Source of the DNA: Escherichia coli | GTDB taxonomy: Bacteria; Pseudomonadota; Gammaproteobacteria; Enterobacterales; Enterobacteriaceae | DNA length: 64,000 bases | Assembly (NCBI RefSeq): GCF_044647545.1 | Contig: NZ_CP172818.1 | Strand: one strand, 5' to 3' | Shown here: in pieces, positions 23,696 to 35,013 of the stretch | Numbering within the stretch: position 1 is the stretch's first letter | How the letters are laid out: each line of letters starts with the position of its first letter | Translations under genes and position numbers: made by a program | The notes under the pieces: generated by a model | The model's input: the letters and a program-made list of their open reading frames with translations, nothing else | Databases searched by the model: none | What the model was told of the DNA's origin: nothing

Positions 23696-24979
23696 TTACG
23701 CCGTTAACAGATTAGCAATCGTGCGCACACCAAGTCCCGTAGCACCCGCAGACCACTGTTCAACCGGCGCTTTACGGTAAGTCGCCGAGCAGTCGATATG
23801 CAGCCAGCCTTGCTGATAGTTCTCAACAAAGTGCGACAGGAAGCCCGCCGCCGTGCTCGCGCCTGCCGGGTACGCCGCGCTTCCGGTATTGTTCAGTTCG
23901 GCAAAGTTAGACGGCAGCTGGCTGCGGTGGAACTCCGCCAGCGGCAGACGCCAGAACGGTTCATTCTCCTGCGCGGCACTCGCCAGCAAGCGACCGGCAA
24001 GCGCATCGTCAAAACTGAACAGCGCGTGATAATCATTACCCAGCGCAGTTTTCGCCGCCCCGGTGAGGGTCGCCGCATCAATGATCAGTTCCGGTTTCTG
24101 CGCACTGGCATCAATCAGGCCATCGGCCAGCACCAGACGCCCTTCCGCATCAGTGTTCATCACTTCAACTTTTTTACCGTTGCGATAGGTAATAATATCG
24201 CCCAGTTTGAACGCGTTGCCGCTGATCAGGTTATCCGCACAGCAGAGGAACAGCTTCACGCGCTTGTTCAGTCCGCGCGTAATGGCAAACGCCAGCGCCC
24301 CGGTAACCGTTGCCGCGCCGCCCATGTCCGACTTCATCGAGTCCATAAATGCGGTCTGTTTGATGCTGTAGCCGCCGGAGTCAAAAGTGATGCCTTTACC
24401 AACCAGGCACGCGTACACTGGCGCTTCTTTATCGCCAGTTGGGTTGTAATCCAGCGCCAGCAATACCGGAGAACGTTCTGAACCGCGTCCGACGGTGTGC
24501 AGCCCCATATAACCTTGATCACGCAGATCTTCGCCTTTGGTGATCCGGTAAGTCACACAATCGCCCGCGACATTGCTGATCAGATCAACAGCACGCTGTG
24601 CCAGTTGCGATGGCCCCAGTTCTTCTGCCGGTGCGTTGATGGTGTCACGCACCCAGTCGATGATCATCAGGCGGTTATCCAGTTCCTGGCGCTGGGCATC
24701 GTCCAGATCCGGCCACTCCACTTTACGCGTGCCTTTCGGGGCTTTGTAACCTTGCCAGAATGCCCAGCAGCGATCCGCATCCCAGCCTTCTCCGCTTAGC
24801 TGAACATGCTTGATGCCCAGACCATCAATCTTGCGCGCCGCACGCTGGATAAGCCCCAGATCGTCTGCCCCGTTCAAATGCAGGGTAATGCCATCATTAT
24901 TAATGCTGTAAGTTGCTTTTTCTCCCCAGCGCGCATCGGCAGGTTGGATAGAGAGGGTAATTTTCATCGCTTCTGTCAT
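23696..24979 (-). CDS. pepB: Peptidase B (M17 leucyl aminopeptidase family)
   Basis: Track ORF 23696..25027 contains [30 protein letters not shown]... after a 16-codon extension; 427 aa. Confidence 0.93.
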   Translation of the reverse strand: MTEAMKITLSIQPADARWGEKATYSINNDGITLHLNGADDLGLIQRAARKIDGLGIKHVQLSGEGWDADRCWAFWQGYKAPKGTRKVEWPDLDDAQRQELDNRLMIIDWVRDTINAPAEELGPSQLAQRAVDLISNVAGDCVTYRITKGEDLRDQGYMGLHTVGRGSERSPVLLALDYNPTGDKEAPVYACLVGKGITFDSGGYSIKQTAFMDSMKSDMGGAATVTGALAFAITRGLNKRVKLFLCCADNLISGNAFKLGDIITYRNGKKVEVMNTDAEGRLVLADGLIDASAQKPELIIDAATLTGAAKTALGNDYHALFSFDDALAGRLLASAAQENEPFWRLPLAEFHRSQLPSNFAELNNTGSAAYPAGASTAAGFLSHFVENYQQGWLHIDCSATYRKAPVEQWSAGATGLGVRTIANLLTA

Positions 24980-25027
24980 TTTAGTTATCCTTATTCGTTT
25001 AACGCAAAACGGGTCCCCCCAGCCCAT

Positions 25028-25228
25028 TTACTCGGCCTCGTCAAGCCAGACCAACAAAATCGCTTCGAGGATTTTTTCGTTGGATGCCTGCGGGTCGTCG
25101 TCGAAATCTTCCAGATCGCAAATCCACTGATGCATATCGGTGAATCGAACCGTTTTCGGATCAAGATCGGGATACGCATCGTACAGTGCTTCGCCAATTT
25201 CGCGGCTATCGGTCCACTTAAGTCCCAT
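25028..25228 (-). CDS. iscX: Fe-S cluster assembly protein IscX
   Basis: 66 aa, [47 protein letters not shown]... Confidence 0.9.
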
Positions 25229-25239
25229 ACTAACCTCTG

Positions 25240-25575
25240 TTAATGCTCACGCGCATGGTTGATAGTGTAACGCGGGATTTCGACCACTAAATCTTCGTCG
25301 GTAACGCGCGCCTGGCAGCTTAAACGGCTTTCCGGCTCCAGTCCCCAGGCTTTGTCCAGCATGTCGTCTTCCTGCTCTGAGCTTTCCGGCAGCGAGTCAA
25401 AACCTTCACGAACGATGCAGTGGCAGGTGGTGCAAGCACAGGATTTTTCACAGGCGTGTTCAATCTCGATACCGTTACGCAGCGCAACGTCGAGAATGGT
25501 TTCACCACTATTCGCTTCCAGAACAGCGCCATCAGGGCAGAGATCCTGATGAGGCAAAATAACAATCTTTGGCAT
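25240..25575 (-). CDS. fdx: [2Fe-2S] ferredoxin of the isc operon
   Basis: 111 aa, [53 protein letters not shown]... Confidence 0.93.
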
Positions 25576-25576
25576 A

Positions 25577-27427
25577 TTAAACCTCGTCCACGGAATGGCC
25601 TTTCAGCGCACGACGAACCGACTGGTCCATGCGGCGAGCGGCGAAATCCTGGGTTTGTTTGTCTACGTTTTTAATCGCTTGTTCGATGGCGTCAACATCA
25701 TCGCCCTGCGCCACTTCACTCAGGTGAGCGGCAGCATCGTCGATATCCTGACGTTCTGCGGCGCTTAACAGCGCGGCATCAGCAGCCAGCGCGCCGTGCA
25801 GACTTTCCAGCACACGCGCCGCTTCTACTTTTTGTTCTGCCAGCATACGGGCTTTTACGTCCTGCTCGGCATAGCTCATTGAGTCTTTGATCATCGAAGC
25901 GATTTCGCTATCGGTCAGACCGTAAGACGGTTTGACCTGAATAGACGCCTCAACGCCGGTGGATTTCTCCATCGCCGTCACGCTCAAAAGACCGTCGGCA
26001 TCGACCTGGAACGTTACGCGAATATGCGCGCCGCCAGCCGGTAGCGCCGGGATACCACGCAGTGCAAAACGCGCCAGCGAGCGGCAGTCCTGCACCAGTT
26101 CACGTTCACCCTGCATCACATGGATAGACATTGCCGTCTGACCATCTTTAAAGGTGGTGAAATCCTGGGCGCGGGCCACCGGAATCGTGGTATTACGCGG
26201 GATCACTTTCTCCACCAGGCCGCCCATGGTCTCGAGGCCCAGCGACAGCGGGATCACATCCAGCAACAGCATTTCGCTGTCCGGCTTGTTACCCACCAGA
26301 ATATCCGCCTGAATCGCCGCGCCAATAGCGACGACTTTATCCGGGTCGATAGAAGTCAGCGGTGGACGACCGAAAAATTCGCCTACTCGTTCACGCACCA
26401 GCGGCACGCGAGTAGAACCGCCCACCATCACCACTTCCAGCACTTCATCAGCTTCTACGCCCGCATCTTTCAGCGCGCGACGACAAGCCAGTAAGGTTCG
26501 TTTTACCAGTGGCGCGATCAGTTCATTGAATTGTTCACGGCTGATTTCGCCCTGCCAGCCCGCAACGTTAACGGTCACAGAGTCCGCATCGCTCAGCGCG
26601 ATTTTGGCTGCAATGGCGGCATCCAGCAGTTCACGCTGAACGCGGTTATCGCTACGATCAGGAATGCCCGCCTGCTCGCGAATATAATCCGCCAGCAGAT
26701 GGTCGAAATCATCGCCGCCGAGCGCGGAATCACCGCCGGTTGCCAGCACTTCAAACACGCCGCGACTTAAGCGCAGAATGGAAATATCAAACGTCCCGCC
26801 ACCGAGGTCATAAACGGCGATCACGCCTTCCTGACCGGAATCCAGCCCGTAGGCGATAGCCGCAGCGGTCGGTTCGTTAAGTAAGCGCAGGACGTGAAGG
26901 CCCGCCAGACGCGCCGCGTCTTTGGTGCCCTGACGCTGGGCATCGTCAAAGTACGCCGGAACGGTGATAACTACACCATCCAGCTCGCCTGCCAGGGCTT
27001 CAGTTGCCCGCGCCGCCAGTGCTTTGAGGATGTCCGCAGAAACGCGCACCGGGTTCAGCAGTCCTGCCGCCGTTTCAATCATCGGAAGGCCGTTTTCGCT
27101 GGCCTGGAATTGATAAGGCAGATGTGGATAGCGTTGCTGGATATCAGCCAGCGAGCGCCCCATCAGGCGTTTAACAGAACTAATGGTGTTGGCGGTGTCG
27201 AGCGCTGCGTTAGTACGCGCGTCATAACCCACCGAATGCCCTTGCTGTTGATAGTGAACAACAGATGGCAGCAGGTGACGGCCTTCATGGTCGGCTAACG
27301 TTTCGGCCTGACCGCTGCGCACTGTCGCCACCAGCGAGTTGGTTGTGCCCAGGTCGATACCGGCCGCCAGACGACGCTGATGCGGCGCAGCACTCAAACC
27401 AGGTTCACTAATTTGTAATAAGGCCAT
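25577..27427 (-). CDS. hscA: Fe-S cluster assembly chaperone HscA (Hsp70 family)
   Basis: Track ORF 25577..27481 contains [36 protein letters not shown]... after an 18-codon extension; 616 aa. Confidence 0.93.
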   Translation of the reverse strand: MALLQISEPGLSAAPHQRRLAAGIDLGTTNSLVATVRSGQAETLADHEGRHLLPSVVHYQQQGHSVGYDARTNAALDTANTISSVKRLMGRSLADIQQRYPHLPYQFQASENGLPMIETAAGLLNPVRVSADILKALAARATEALAGELDGVVITVPAYFDDAQRQGTKDAARLAGLHVLRLLNEPTAAAIAYGLDSGQEGVIAVYDLGGGTFDISILRLSRGVFEVLATGGDSALGGDDFDHLLADYIREQAGIPDRSDNRVQRELLDAAIAAKIALSDADSVTVNVAGWQGEISREQFNELIAPLVKRTLLACRRALKDAGVEADEVLEVVMVGGSTRVPLVRERVGEFFGRPPLTSIDPDKVVAIGAAIQADILVGNKPDSEMLLLDVIPLSLGLETMGGLVEKVIPRNTTIPVARAQDFTTFKDGQTAMSIHVMQGERELVQDCRSLARFALRGIPALPAGGAHIRVTFQVDADGLLSVTAMEKSTGVEASIQVKPSYGLTDSEIASMIKDSMSYAEQDVKARMLAEQKVEAARVLESLHGALAADAALLSAAERQDIDDAAAHLSEVAQGDDVDAIEQAIKNVDKQTQDFAARRMDQSVRRALKGHSVDEV

Positions 27428-27443
27428 GTTTAGCTTCCAGAAA

Positions 27444-27959
27444 TTAAAAATCGAGCAGTTTTTCTTCGAGTTGTTCGGCACTGCTTCGCAGTTTATCGAG
27501 AAAACGCAGCTTACGCACGGTATCCGCCGCCGCGTCCCACGTCTCGTTGTCTAACTGTTCAACCATCAACTGATGGCGGGTATCAAACATCTTTTTCACA
27601 CGTTTGATAAAGCTTTCCAGCCGCGCTTCATCTTTCGCCTGTTCGATCTCGTCCAGTTCTTCGCGCAGTTCCAGCTGTTCCATCAGGAACGCGGTGTCGC
27701 GCACAGTATGCTGCTCGCTGGCGAGATCAAAACCGTGCAAAGAAAGTAAATATTCCGCGCGCATTAACGGATGACGCAGCGTTTGCCAGGCCTGGTTAAT
27801 GGTTGCAGATTGCTGTACGGCGGCGAGTTGTTCCGCCTGGCTTCCGCTGGCGAATTTATCAGGATGATACTGACGTTGTAGATCCTGAAAACGCAGGCTC
27901 AGTGCCTGGGTATCGAGTTGATAACGGGCAGGCAAGCCAAAGAGGGTGAAGTAATCCAT
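27444..27959 (-). CDS. hscB: Fe-S cluster assembly co-chaperone HscB (J-domain)
   Basis: 171 aa, [36 protein letters not shown]... (HPD motif). Confidence 0.93.
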   Translation of the reverse strand: MDYFTLFGLPARYQLDTQALSLRFQDLQRQYHPDKFASGSQAEQLAAVQQSATINQAWQTLRHPLMRAEYLLSLHGFDLASEQHTVRDTAFLMEQLELREELDEIEQAKDEARLESFIKRVKKMFDTRHQLMVEQLDNETWDAAADTVRKLRFLDKLRSSAEQLEEKLLDF

Positions 27960-28054
27960 AACATTCTCAGGGCTGCGATCCGCCGCGATAACGGCGAATC
28001 AGGTAAAACAAACCCCACGCGCAGGCGACCACGGTGGGGTTATCGGTATGCGCA

Positions 28055-28378
28055 TCAAACGTGGAAGCTTTCGCCGCAACCACACTCATCTTTGACGTTC
28101 GGGTTAGTGAATTTAAACCCTTCGTTCAGGCCTTCTTTTACGAAGTCCAGCTGCGTACCGTCCAGAAATTGCAGGCTTTTGCCATCGACCACGACTTTCA
28201 CGCCTTTGTCTTCAAACACGATGTCTTCCGGCGTCGGTTCGTCAACAAATTCCAGTACATAAGCCATACCTGAACATCCGGAGGTTCTCACGCCCAGACG
28301 CAGGCCAAACCCTTTGCCGCGGTTAGCCAGAAAGGTATTTACTCGCGCTGCTGCACTGTCGCTCAGTGTAATCGACAT
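28055..28378 (-). CDS. iscA: Iron-binding A-type carrier protein IscA
   Basis: Track ORF 28055..28384 contains [40 protein letters not shown]... after a 2-codon extension; 107 aa; C-terminal CGCGESF. Confidence 0.93.
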   Translation of the reverse strand: MSITLSDSAAARVNTFLANRGKGFGLRLGVRTSGCSGMAYVLEFVDEPTPEDIVFEDKGVKVVVDGKSLQFLDGTQLDFVKEGLNEGFKFTNPNVKDECGCGESFHV

Positions 28379-28394
28379 AACCAAACCTCAACTC

Positions 28395-28781
28395 TTATTT
28401 TGCTTCACGTTTGCTTTTATAGTCCGCAATGGCGGCTTTGATCGCGTCTTCTGCCAGAATAGAACAGTGAATTTTCACCGGCGGCAGTTCAAGTTCTTCA
28501 GCAATATCGGTGTTTTTGATCGCCTGCGCTTCGTCGAGAGACTTCCCTTTCACCCATTCGGTGACCAGGGAGCTGGAAGCGATAGCAGAACCGCAGCCGT
28601 AAGTTTTAAAACGCGCGTCTTCAATGATACCTTCATCGTTGACTTTAATCTGCAACTTCATCACGTCGCCACAGGCCGGTGCACCCACCATGCCGCTGCC
28701 GACGTTCTCGTCGTTGTTGTCAAAGGAACCCACGTTACGCGGATTCTCGTAATGGTCGATAACTTTTTCGCTGTAAGCCAT
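28395..28781 (-). CDS. iscU: Fe-S cluster scaffold protein IscU
   Basis: 128 aa, MAYSEKVIDHYENPRNVGSFDNNDENVGSGMVGAPACGDVMKLQIKV... Confidence 0.95.
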   Translation of the reverse strand: MAYSEKVIDHYENPRNVGSFDNNDENVGSGMVGAPACGDVMKLQIKVNDEGIIEDARFKTYGCGSAIASSSLVTEWVKGKSLDEAQAIKNTDIAEELELPPVKIHCSILAEDAIKAAIADYKSKREAK

Positions 28782-28808
28782 TATAAATTCTCCTGATTCC
28801 GATACCGA

Positions 28809-30023
28809 TTAATGATGAGCCCATTCGATGCTGTTCAGATCCACGCCCTGCTTGTACATTTCCCACAGCGGAGAAAGGTCACGCAGACGACCGATGGATT
28901 TACGAACTAACTCGATGGTGTAGTCGATCTCTTCTTCAGTAGTAAAACGACCTAAAGAGAAACGGATAGAGCTATGTGCCAGCTCGTCGTTCAGCCCCAG
29001 CGCGCGCAGCACGTAGGACGGTTCGAGGCTTGCTGACGTACAGGCGGAACCTGAAGAAACCGCGAGGTCTTTCAGCGCCATAATCAGCGACTCACCTTCA
29101 ACGTAGTTGAAGCTGACGTTGAGAATGTTCGGCGCACCGTGTTCCAGGTCACCGTTCAGGTAAACTTCTTCGATATCTTTGATGCCGTTCCACAGACGGT
29201 TACGCAGGCCGCGCAGACGTTCCATCTCGGTCGCCATCTCTTCTTTTGCGATGCGATAGGCTTCGCCCATACCAACGATCTGGTGAACAGGCAGAGTGCC
29301 GGAACGCATACCGCGCTCGTGACCGCCGCCGTGCATTTGCGCTTCGATGCGTACGCGCGGTTTACGACGCACATACAGCGCACCGATACCTTTCGGGCCA
29401 TAGATTTTGTGACCGGAGAATGACATCAGGTCAACTTTCAACTGGCTCAGGTCGATAGGCAGTTTGCCCACGCTCTGGGTTGCATCAACGTGATAGATAA
29501 TGCCACGAGCACGGCACATTTCGCCGATAGCCGCGATATCCTGCACCACGCCGATTTCGTTATTCACGTGCATGATAGAAACGAGGATGGTGTCGTCACG
29601 CATCGCTGCTTCCAGTTCTTTCAGGTCGATAATGCCGTTACGCTGCGGTGCCAGGTAGGTGACTTCGAAACCTTCGCGCTCCAGCTGACGGCAGGTATCC
29701 AGTACCGCTTTGTGTTCGGTTTTACTGGTGATGATGTGCTTGCCTTTTTTCTGATAAAAGTTGGCTGCACCTTTGATCGCCAGGTTGTCAGATTCGGTTG
29801 CACCAGAGGTAAAGACGATTTCACGCGGGTCAGCGCCGACCAGATCGGCAATCTGATTACGGGCGATATCAACCGCTTCTTCAGCCTGCCAGCCGAAACG
29901 GTGAGAACGGGAGGCCGGGTTACCAAAGGTTCCGTCCATCGTCATAAACTGCATCATTTTCTCGGCAACACGCGGGTCCACCGGCGTGGTTGCGGAGTAG
30001 TCGAGATAAATCGGTAATTTCAT
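28809..30023 (-). CDS. iscS: Cysteine desulfurase IscS (PLP-dependent)
   Basis: Track ORF 28809..30047 contains [41 protein letters not shown]... after an 8-codon extension; 404 aa; [15 protein letters not shown]-lysine motif. Confidence 0.95.
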
Positions 30024-30134
30024 TGCTCTATAAACTCCGTACATCACTCAATGCAAGGAACCAGGCTACCGGCTGGATGTACGACCGTGTTTACGGAGTG
30101 TTTAGCACTCCGGCCTGATTCTGAATTCTTTTTA

Positions 30135-30623
30135 TTAAGCGCGTAACTTAACGTCGATCGCGTCTTGTGTGCGGGTGCGTGGCGCGTCGTGAGTATGCTG
30201 ACGACCAGACACATCCAGCACTTCCTGGTTATTAACCAGTTCGCCTAAAGTAATGTTATTGAGAAAACCGGTAAGACGGTCGCTCAAATCACGCCACAGC
30301 GCGTGGGTCAGGCATTTATCGCCGCCCTGGCAGCCGCCTTTACCCTGACAACGGGTGGCATCTACAGATTCGTCAACGGCGCTAATCACTTCGCCAACGG
30401 CGATGCTGCTGGCATCTTTGCCTAACAGATAACCACCGCCTGGTCCACGTACGCTGGAAACCAGACCATTTTTACGCAGACGGGAAAACAGTTGTTCCAG
30501 ATAAGAAAGGGAAATTCCCTGACGTTCGGAAATATCAGCCAACGGTACCGGGCCCGCTTCAGAGTTGAGCGCAACGTCAAGCATTGCGGTCACGGCATAG
30601 CGCCCTTTAGATGTCAGTCTCAT
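30135..30623 (-). CDS. iscR: Fe-S cluster assembly transcriptional regulator IscR (Rrf2 family)
   Basis: 162 aa, [46 protein letters not shown]...; three-Cys cluster-ligand region. Confidence 0.93.
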
Positions 30624-30679
30624 GTCTTACTTCACCTCAAACTCGCCCCTGCCCGGGGTTTTTTATTGTAAAAGTGGGG

Positions 30680-30765
30680 GTATTGCATAGCAGGGTCAAG
30701 TCTGACATTCCCGAGTAAATTGGTCAACTATTTACTTGACTGATTTAGTCGGGTATTTAACCTTC
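30680..30765 (-). promoter_or_regulatory. iscR promoter region with IscR autoregulatory operator-like sequences
   Basis: Minus-strand reading ...TAAATAGTTGACCAATTTACTCGGGAATGTCAGACTTGACCCTGCTATGCAATACC... upstream of the iscR start. Resemblance to IscR type-1 sites is from memory; exact footprints not verifiable here. Confidence 0.45.
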
Positions 30766-30798
30766 AGTGCCATTTTTTTATCGTGGCGTTTGTACCTG

Positions 30799-30873
30799 TT
30801 GTCGGATGCGGTGTGAACACCTTATCCGACCTGGACCAAGCCTGATAAGACGCGTTAAGCATCGCATCAGGCA
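30799..30873. repeat. REP element pair
   Basis: TGTCGGATGCGGTGTGAACACCTTATCCGACC and GCCTGATAAGACGCGTTAAGCATCGCATCAGGCA between the iscR promoter and the trmJ stop. Confidence 0.65.
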
Positions 30874-30880
30874 ACCACTG

Positions 30881-31621
30881 TTATTCGGCCTTGTTACCTT
30901 TATTCTGCTGCTCAATAGAAGCCAGAATCCCGCGCAGGATATTCAATTCCTGGCTTTCCGGGCGTGCACGGGTAAACAGACGGCGCAATTTATTCATCAC
31001 CTGCCCCGGATGGTTTTCACGGATAAAACCGGTTGCCAGCAGCGTTTGCTCCAGATGACCATAAAAACGCTCCAGATCATCGACCAGCGGATACGGCGTC
31101 TCTTCATGCTCGACCTGCTCGCCATTTTCCTGAGTTGCCAGCCAGGCCATGCGCACTTCATAGGCAATAACCTGAACCGCCATCGCCAGGTTCAGCGAAC
31201 TGTATTCCGGGTTAGCCGCAATCGCGACATGATAATGGCATTTCTGCAGCTCTTCATTGGTCAAGCCGACGCGCTCGCGACCAAACACCAGCGCCACCGG
31301 GGTATTTGCCGCTTCAGCGACGCTTTTCAGACCGCATTCGCGCGGGTCGAGCATCGGCCACGGCAGCGTGCGAGAACGTGCGCTGGTGCCCACCACCAGG
31401 CTACAACCAGCCAACGCTTCGTCGAGCGTATCGACGATGTGCGCATTACCAATCACATCGCTGGCCCCTGCTGCCAGGGCAATCGCCTGGGAGTCGGGTT
31501 TCACCAGTGGATTAACCAGCCACAGATTGGTTAATCCCATTGTTTTCATGGCACGGGCAACAGAACCCATATTGCCGGTGTGTGACGTCTCCACCAGCAC
31601 AATTCGAATATTTTGCAGCAT
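30881..31621 (-). CDS. trmJ: tRNA (cytidine/uridine-2'-O-)-methyltransferase TrmJ (SPOUT family)
   Basis: 246 aa, [39 protein letters not shown]... Confidence 0.9.
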
Positions 31622-31739
31622 TGTCTTTCTTCGTCTAAAGATTATTCGCGCATCTTATCATAAAACGAAGACAGATGCCGATCTCGCTGCTATACTCTGC
31701 GCCGTTTTCCCGTTCTTTAACATCCAGTGAGAGAGACCG

Positions 31740-32543
31740 ATGCATCCGATGCTGAACATCGCCGTGCGCGCAGCGCGCAAGGCGGGTAATTTAATTGCCA
31801 AAAACTATGAAACCCCGGACGCTGTAGAAGCGAGCCAGAAAGGCAGTAACGACTTCGTGACCAACGTAGATAAAGCTGCCGAAGCGGTGATTATCGACAC
31901 GATTCGTAAATCTTACCCACAGCACACCATCATCACCGAAGAAAGCGGTGAACTTGAAGGTACTGATCAGGATGTTCAATGGGTTATCGATCCACTGGAT
32001 GGCACTACCAACTTTATCAAACGTCTGCCGCACTTCGCGGTATCTATCGCCGTTCGTATCAAAGGCCGCACCGAAGTTGCTGTGGTATACGATCCTATGC
32101 GTAACGAACTGTTCACCGCCACTCGCGGTCAGGGCGCACAGCTGAACGGCTACCGTCTGCGCGGCAGCACCGCTCGCGATCTCGACGGTACTATTCTGGC
32201 GACCGGCTTCCCGTTCAAAGCAAAACAGTACGCCACCACCTACATCAACATCGTCGGCAAACTGTTCAACGAATGTGCAGACTTCCGTCGTACCGGTTCT
32301 GCGGCGCTGGATCTGGCTTACGTTGCTGCGGGTCGCGTTGACGGTTTCTTTGAAATCGGTCTGCGCCCGTGGGATTTCGCGGCAGGCGAGCTGCTGGTTC
32401 GTGAAGCGGGCGGCATCGTCAGCGACTTCACCGGTGGTCATAACTATATGCTGACCGGTAACATCGTTGCTGGTAACCCGCGCGTTGTTAAAGCCATGCT
32501 GGCGAACATGCGTGACGAGTTAAGCGACGCTCTGAAGCGTTAA
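31740..32543 (+). CDS. suhB: Inositol monophosphatase family protein SuhB
   Basis: 267 aa, MHPMLNIAVRAARKAGNLIAKNYETPDAVEASQKGSNDFVTNVDKAAE...; WVIDPLDGT motif. Confidence 0.93.
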   Translation: MHPMLNIAVRAARKAGNLIAKNYETPDAVEASQKGSNDFVTNVDKAAEAVIIDTIRKSYPQHTIITEESGELEGTDQDVQWVIDPLDGTTNFIKRLPHFAVSIAVRIKGRTEVAVVYDPMRNELFTATRGQGAQLNGYRLRGSTARDLDGTILATGFPFKAKQYATTYINIVGKLFNECADFRRTGSAALDLAYVAAGRVDGFFEIGLRPWDFAAGELLVREAGGIVSDFTGGHNYMLTGNIVAGNPRVVKAMLANMRDELSDALKR

Positions 32544-32687
32544 TGACTCAGGCGGGTGATATCACTCACCCGCCCTCGCCTTTCAGGCGCTATTCCGAAA
32601 TACTTCCTCACCGCTTTACTTTCTTTCGTCACTCTCCCACCATCTTTCCCCGATTAATGGATGATAAAGAAGTCGCAAGGAAAGGTT

Positions 32688-33542
32688 ATGGCGCTGCCAG
32701 TGAACAAACGCATTCTCAAAATTCTGTTTATTCTCTTTGTTGTTGCCTTCTGCGTTTATTTAGTGCCGCGCGTCGCCATCAACTTCTTCTATTATCCTGA
32801 CGATAAAATATACGGTCCCGACCCCTGGTCGGCGGAATCCGTCGAATTTACGGCTAAGGACGGTACTCGTCTGCAAGGCTGGTTTATTCCTTCTTCGACG
32901 GGCCCTGCTGATAACGCCATTGCTACCATTATTCATGCTCACGGCAATGCCGGAAATATGTCCGCCCACTGGCCGCTGGTCAGTTGGTTACCCGAGCGTA
33001 ATTTCAACGTTTTTATGTTTGATTATCGCGGGTTTGGTAAATCAAAAGGCACGCCGTCCCAGGCCGGATTGCTGGACGATACGCAAAGTGCCATCAATGT
33101 GGTGCGCCATCGCAGTGATGTAAACCCACAACGGCTGGTGCTGTTCGGGCAGAGTATTGGCGGGGCGAATATTCTGGATGTTATTGGTCAGGGTGATCGT
33201 GAAGGCATACGTGCGGTGATCCTCGACTCCACATTTGCCTCTTATGCGACCATCGCCAACCAGATGATCCCCGGCAGTGGCTACTTACTTGATGAGAGTT
33301 ACAGCGGCGAAAATTACATCGCCAGCGTCAGCCCGATCCCGCTTTTACTCATTCACGGTAAAGCTGATCACGTTATCCCATGGCAGCACAGCGAAAAGTT
33401 GTATAGCCTGGCAAAAGAGCCAAAACGGTTGATCCTAATCCCGGATGGCGAACACATTGATGCTTTTTCCGATCGTCACGGCGATGTTTATCGCGAACAG
33501 ATGGTGGATTTTATCCTTAGCGCGTTGAATCCGCAGAACTAA
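32688..33542 (+). CDS. yfhR: Alpha/beta-hydrolase fold protein YfhR (membrane-anchored putative esterase/peptidase)
   Basis: MALPVNKRILKILFILFVVAFCVYLV... with GQSIGG nucleophile elbow. Alternative upstream ATG at 32661 (track ORF) cannot be excluded. Confidence 0.8.
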   Translation: MALPVNKRILKILFILFVVAFCVYLVPRVAINFFYYPDDKIYGPDPWSAESVEFTAKDGTRLQGWFIPSSTGPADNAIATIIHAHGNAGNMSAHWPLVSWLPERNFNVFMFDYRGFGKSKGTPSQAGLLDDTQSAINVVRHRSDVNPQRLVLFGQSIGGANILDVIGQGDREGIRAVILDSTFASYATIANQMIPGSGYLLDESYSGENYIASVSPIPLLLIHGKADHVIPWQHSEKLYSLAKEPKRLILIPDGEHIDAFSDRHGDVYREQMVDFILSALNPQN

Positions 33543-33732
33543 CCCATGATCGCTAGCACGATAATCATTCACAAAACCACCTTAAGACATGCTAATCCAC
33601 TGGTCAGAACAATTTAAGATGAGAAAAATTCTGTGACGCTTGCCAACATTTCTGATGATTAGCATTCCCTTCGCCATTTCCCTGAGCAAACTTTAGCTAT
33701 TCTTATCAATTATGCTTATGGGAGATCTACAG

Positions 33733-35013
33733 ATGATGCCTACGCTTGCTCCACCATCTGTCCTTTCGGCTCCCCAGCGCCGCTGCCAGATCTTGCTGAC
33801 GCTCTTTCAGCCGGGGTTGACCGCCACCACGGCAACTTTCAGCGAGCTTAATGGTGTGGATGATGATATTGCCAGTCTTGATATCAGCGAAACAGGACGA
33901 GAGATCCTGCGCTATCATCAACTCACACTGACTACTGGTTATGACGGTAGCTACCGGGTTGAAGGTACAGTGCTTAACCAACGTTTGTGTTTATTTCACT
34001 GGCTACGACGTGGTTTCCGTCTGTGTCCGTCATTTATTACCAGCCATTTCACCCCCGCCCTGAAGAGTGAACTGAAGCGGCGCGGAATTGCGCGTAACTT
34101 TTACGACGATACCAATCTACAAGCGTTAGTGAATCTCTGCTCCCGACGGCTGCAAAAACGCTTTGAAACGCGCGATATTCATTTCCTGTGTCTGTATCTG
34201 CAATATTGTTTGCTGCAACACCACGCTGGAATTACGCCTCAGTTTAATCCGCTCCAACGTCGCTGGGCGGAATCCTGCCTTGAATTTCAGGTAGCGCAGG
34301 AAATTGGACGCCACTGGCAGCGTCGGGCGCTCCAGCCTGTACCGCCTGATGAGCCACTGTTCATGGCATTACTTTTTTCCATGTTGCGGGTTCCCGATCC
34401 ACTGCGGGATGCGCATCAGCGGGACAGACAACTGCGTCAGTCTATCAAACGTCTGGTAAACCATTTTCGTGAGCTGGGAAATGTTCGTTTTTATGATGAA
34501 CAGGGGTTGTGCGATCAGCTTTATACCCACCTCGCCCAGGCGTTAAATCGCAGTTTGTTTGCCATCGGTATTGATAACACCCTGCCGGAAGAGTTCGCCC
34601 GCCTGTATCCACGCCTGGTGCGCACCACCCGCGCGGCGCTGGCCGGATTTGAAAGTGAATACGGCGTCCATCTTTCTGATGAGGAAAGCGGTCTGGTCGC
34701 GGTGATTTTCGGTGCCTGGCTAATGCAGGAAAACGACCTGCATGAGAAACAGATTATTCTACTGACCGGGAATGATAGCGAGCGAGAAGCGCAGATTGAG
34801 CAGCAGCTACGCGAAATAACGTTACTGCCGCTCAACATTAAACATATGTCGGTAAAGGCATTTTTGCAGACAGGCGCTCCGCGCGGCGCGGCACTGATTA
34901 TTGCGCCTTATACCATGCCGTTACCGCTCTTTTCACCACCGCTGATCTATACGGACCTGACGTTGACAACACATCAACAGGAGCAGATCCGCAAAATGCT
35001 CGAATCAGCATGA
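33733..35013 (+). CDS. csiE: Stationary-phase inducible protein CsiE
   Basis: Track ORF 33712..35013 contains MMPTLAPPSVLSAPQRRCQILLTLFQPGL... after a 7-codon extension; 426 aa. Its 3' end overlaps the convergent hcaT 3' end by 9 nt. Confidence 0.85.
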   Translation: MMPTLAPPSVLSAPQRRCQILLTLFQPGLTATTATFSELNGVDDDIASLDISETGREILRYHQLTLTTGYDGSYRVEGTVLNQRLCLFHWLRRGFRLCPSFITSHFTPALKSELKRRGIARNFYDDTNLQALVNLCSRRLQKRFETRDIHFLCLYLQYCLLQHHAGITPQFNPLQRRWAESCLEFQVAQEIGRHWQRRALQPVPPDEPLFMALLFSMLRVPDPLRDAHQRDRQLRQSIKRLVNHFRELGNVRFYDEQGLCDQLYTHLAQALNRSLFAIGIDNTLPEEFARLYPRLVRTTRAALAGFESEYGVHLSDEESGLVAVIFGAWLMQENDLHEKQIILLTGNDSEREAQIEQQLREITLLPLNIKHMSVKAFLQTGAPRGAALIIAPYTMPLPLFSPPLIYTDLTLTTHQQEQIRKMLESA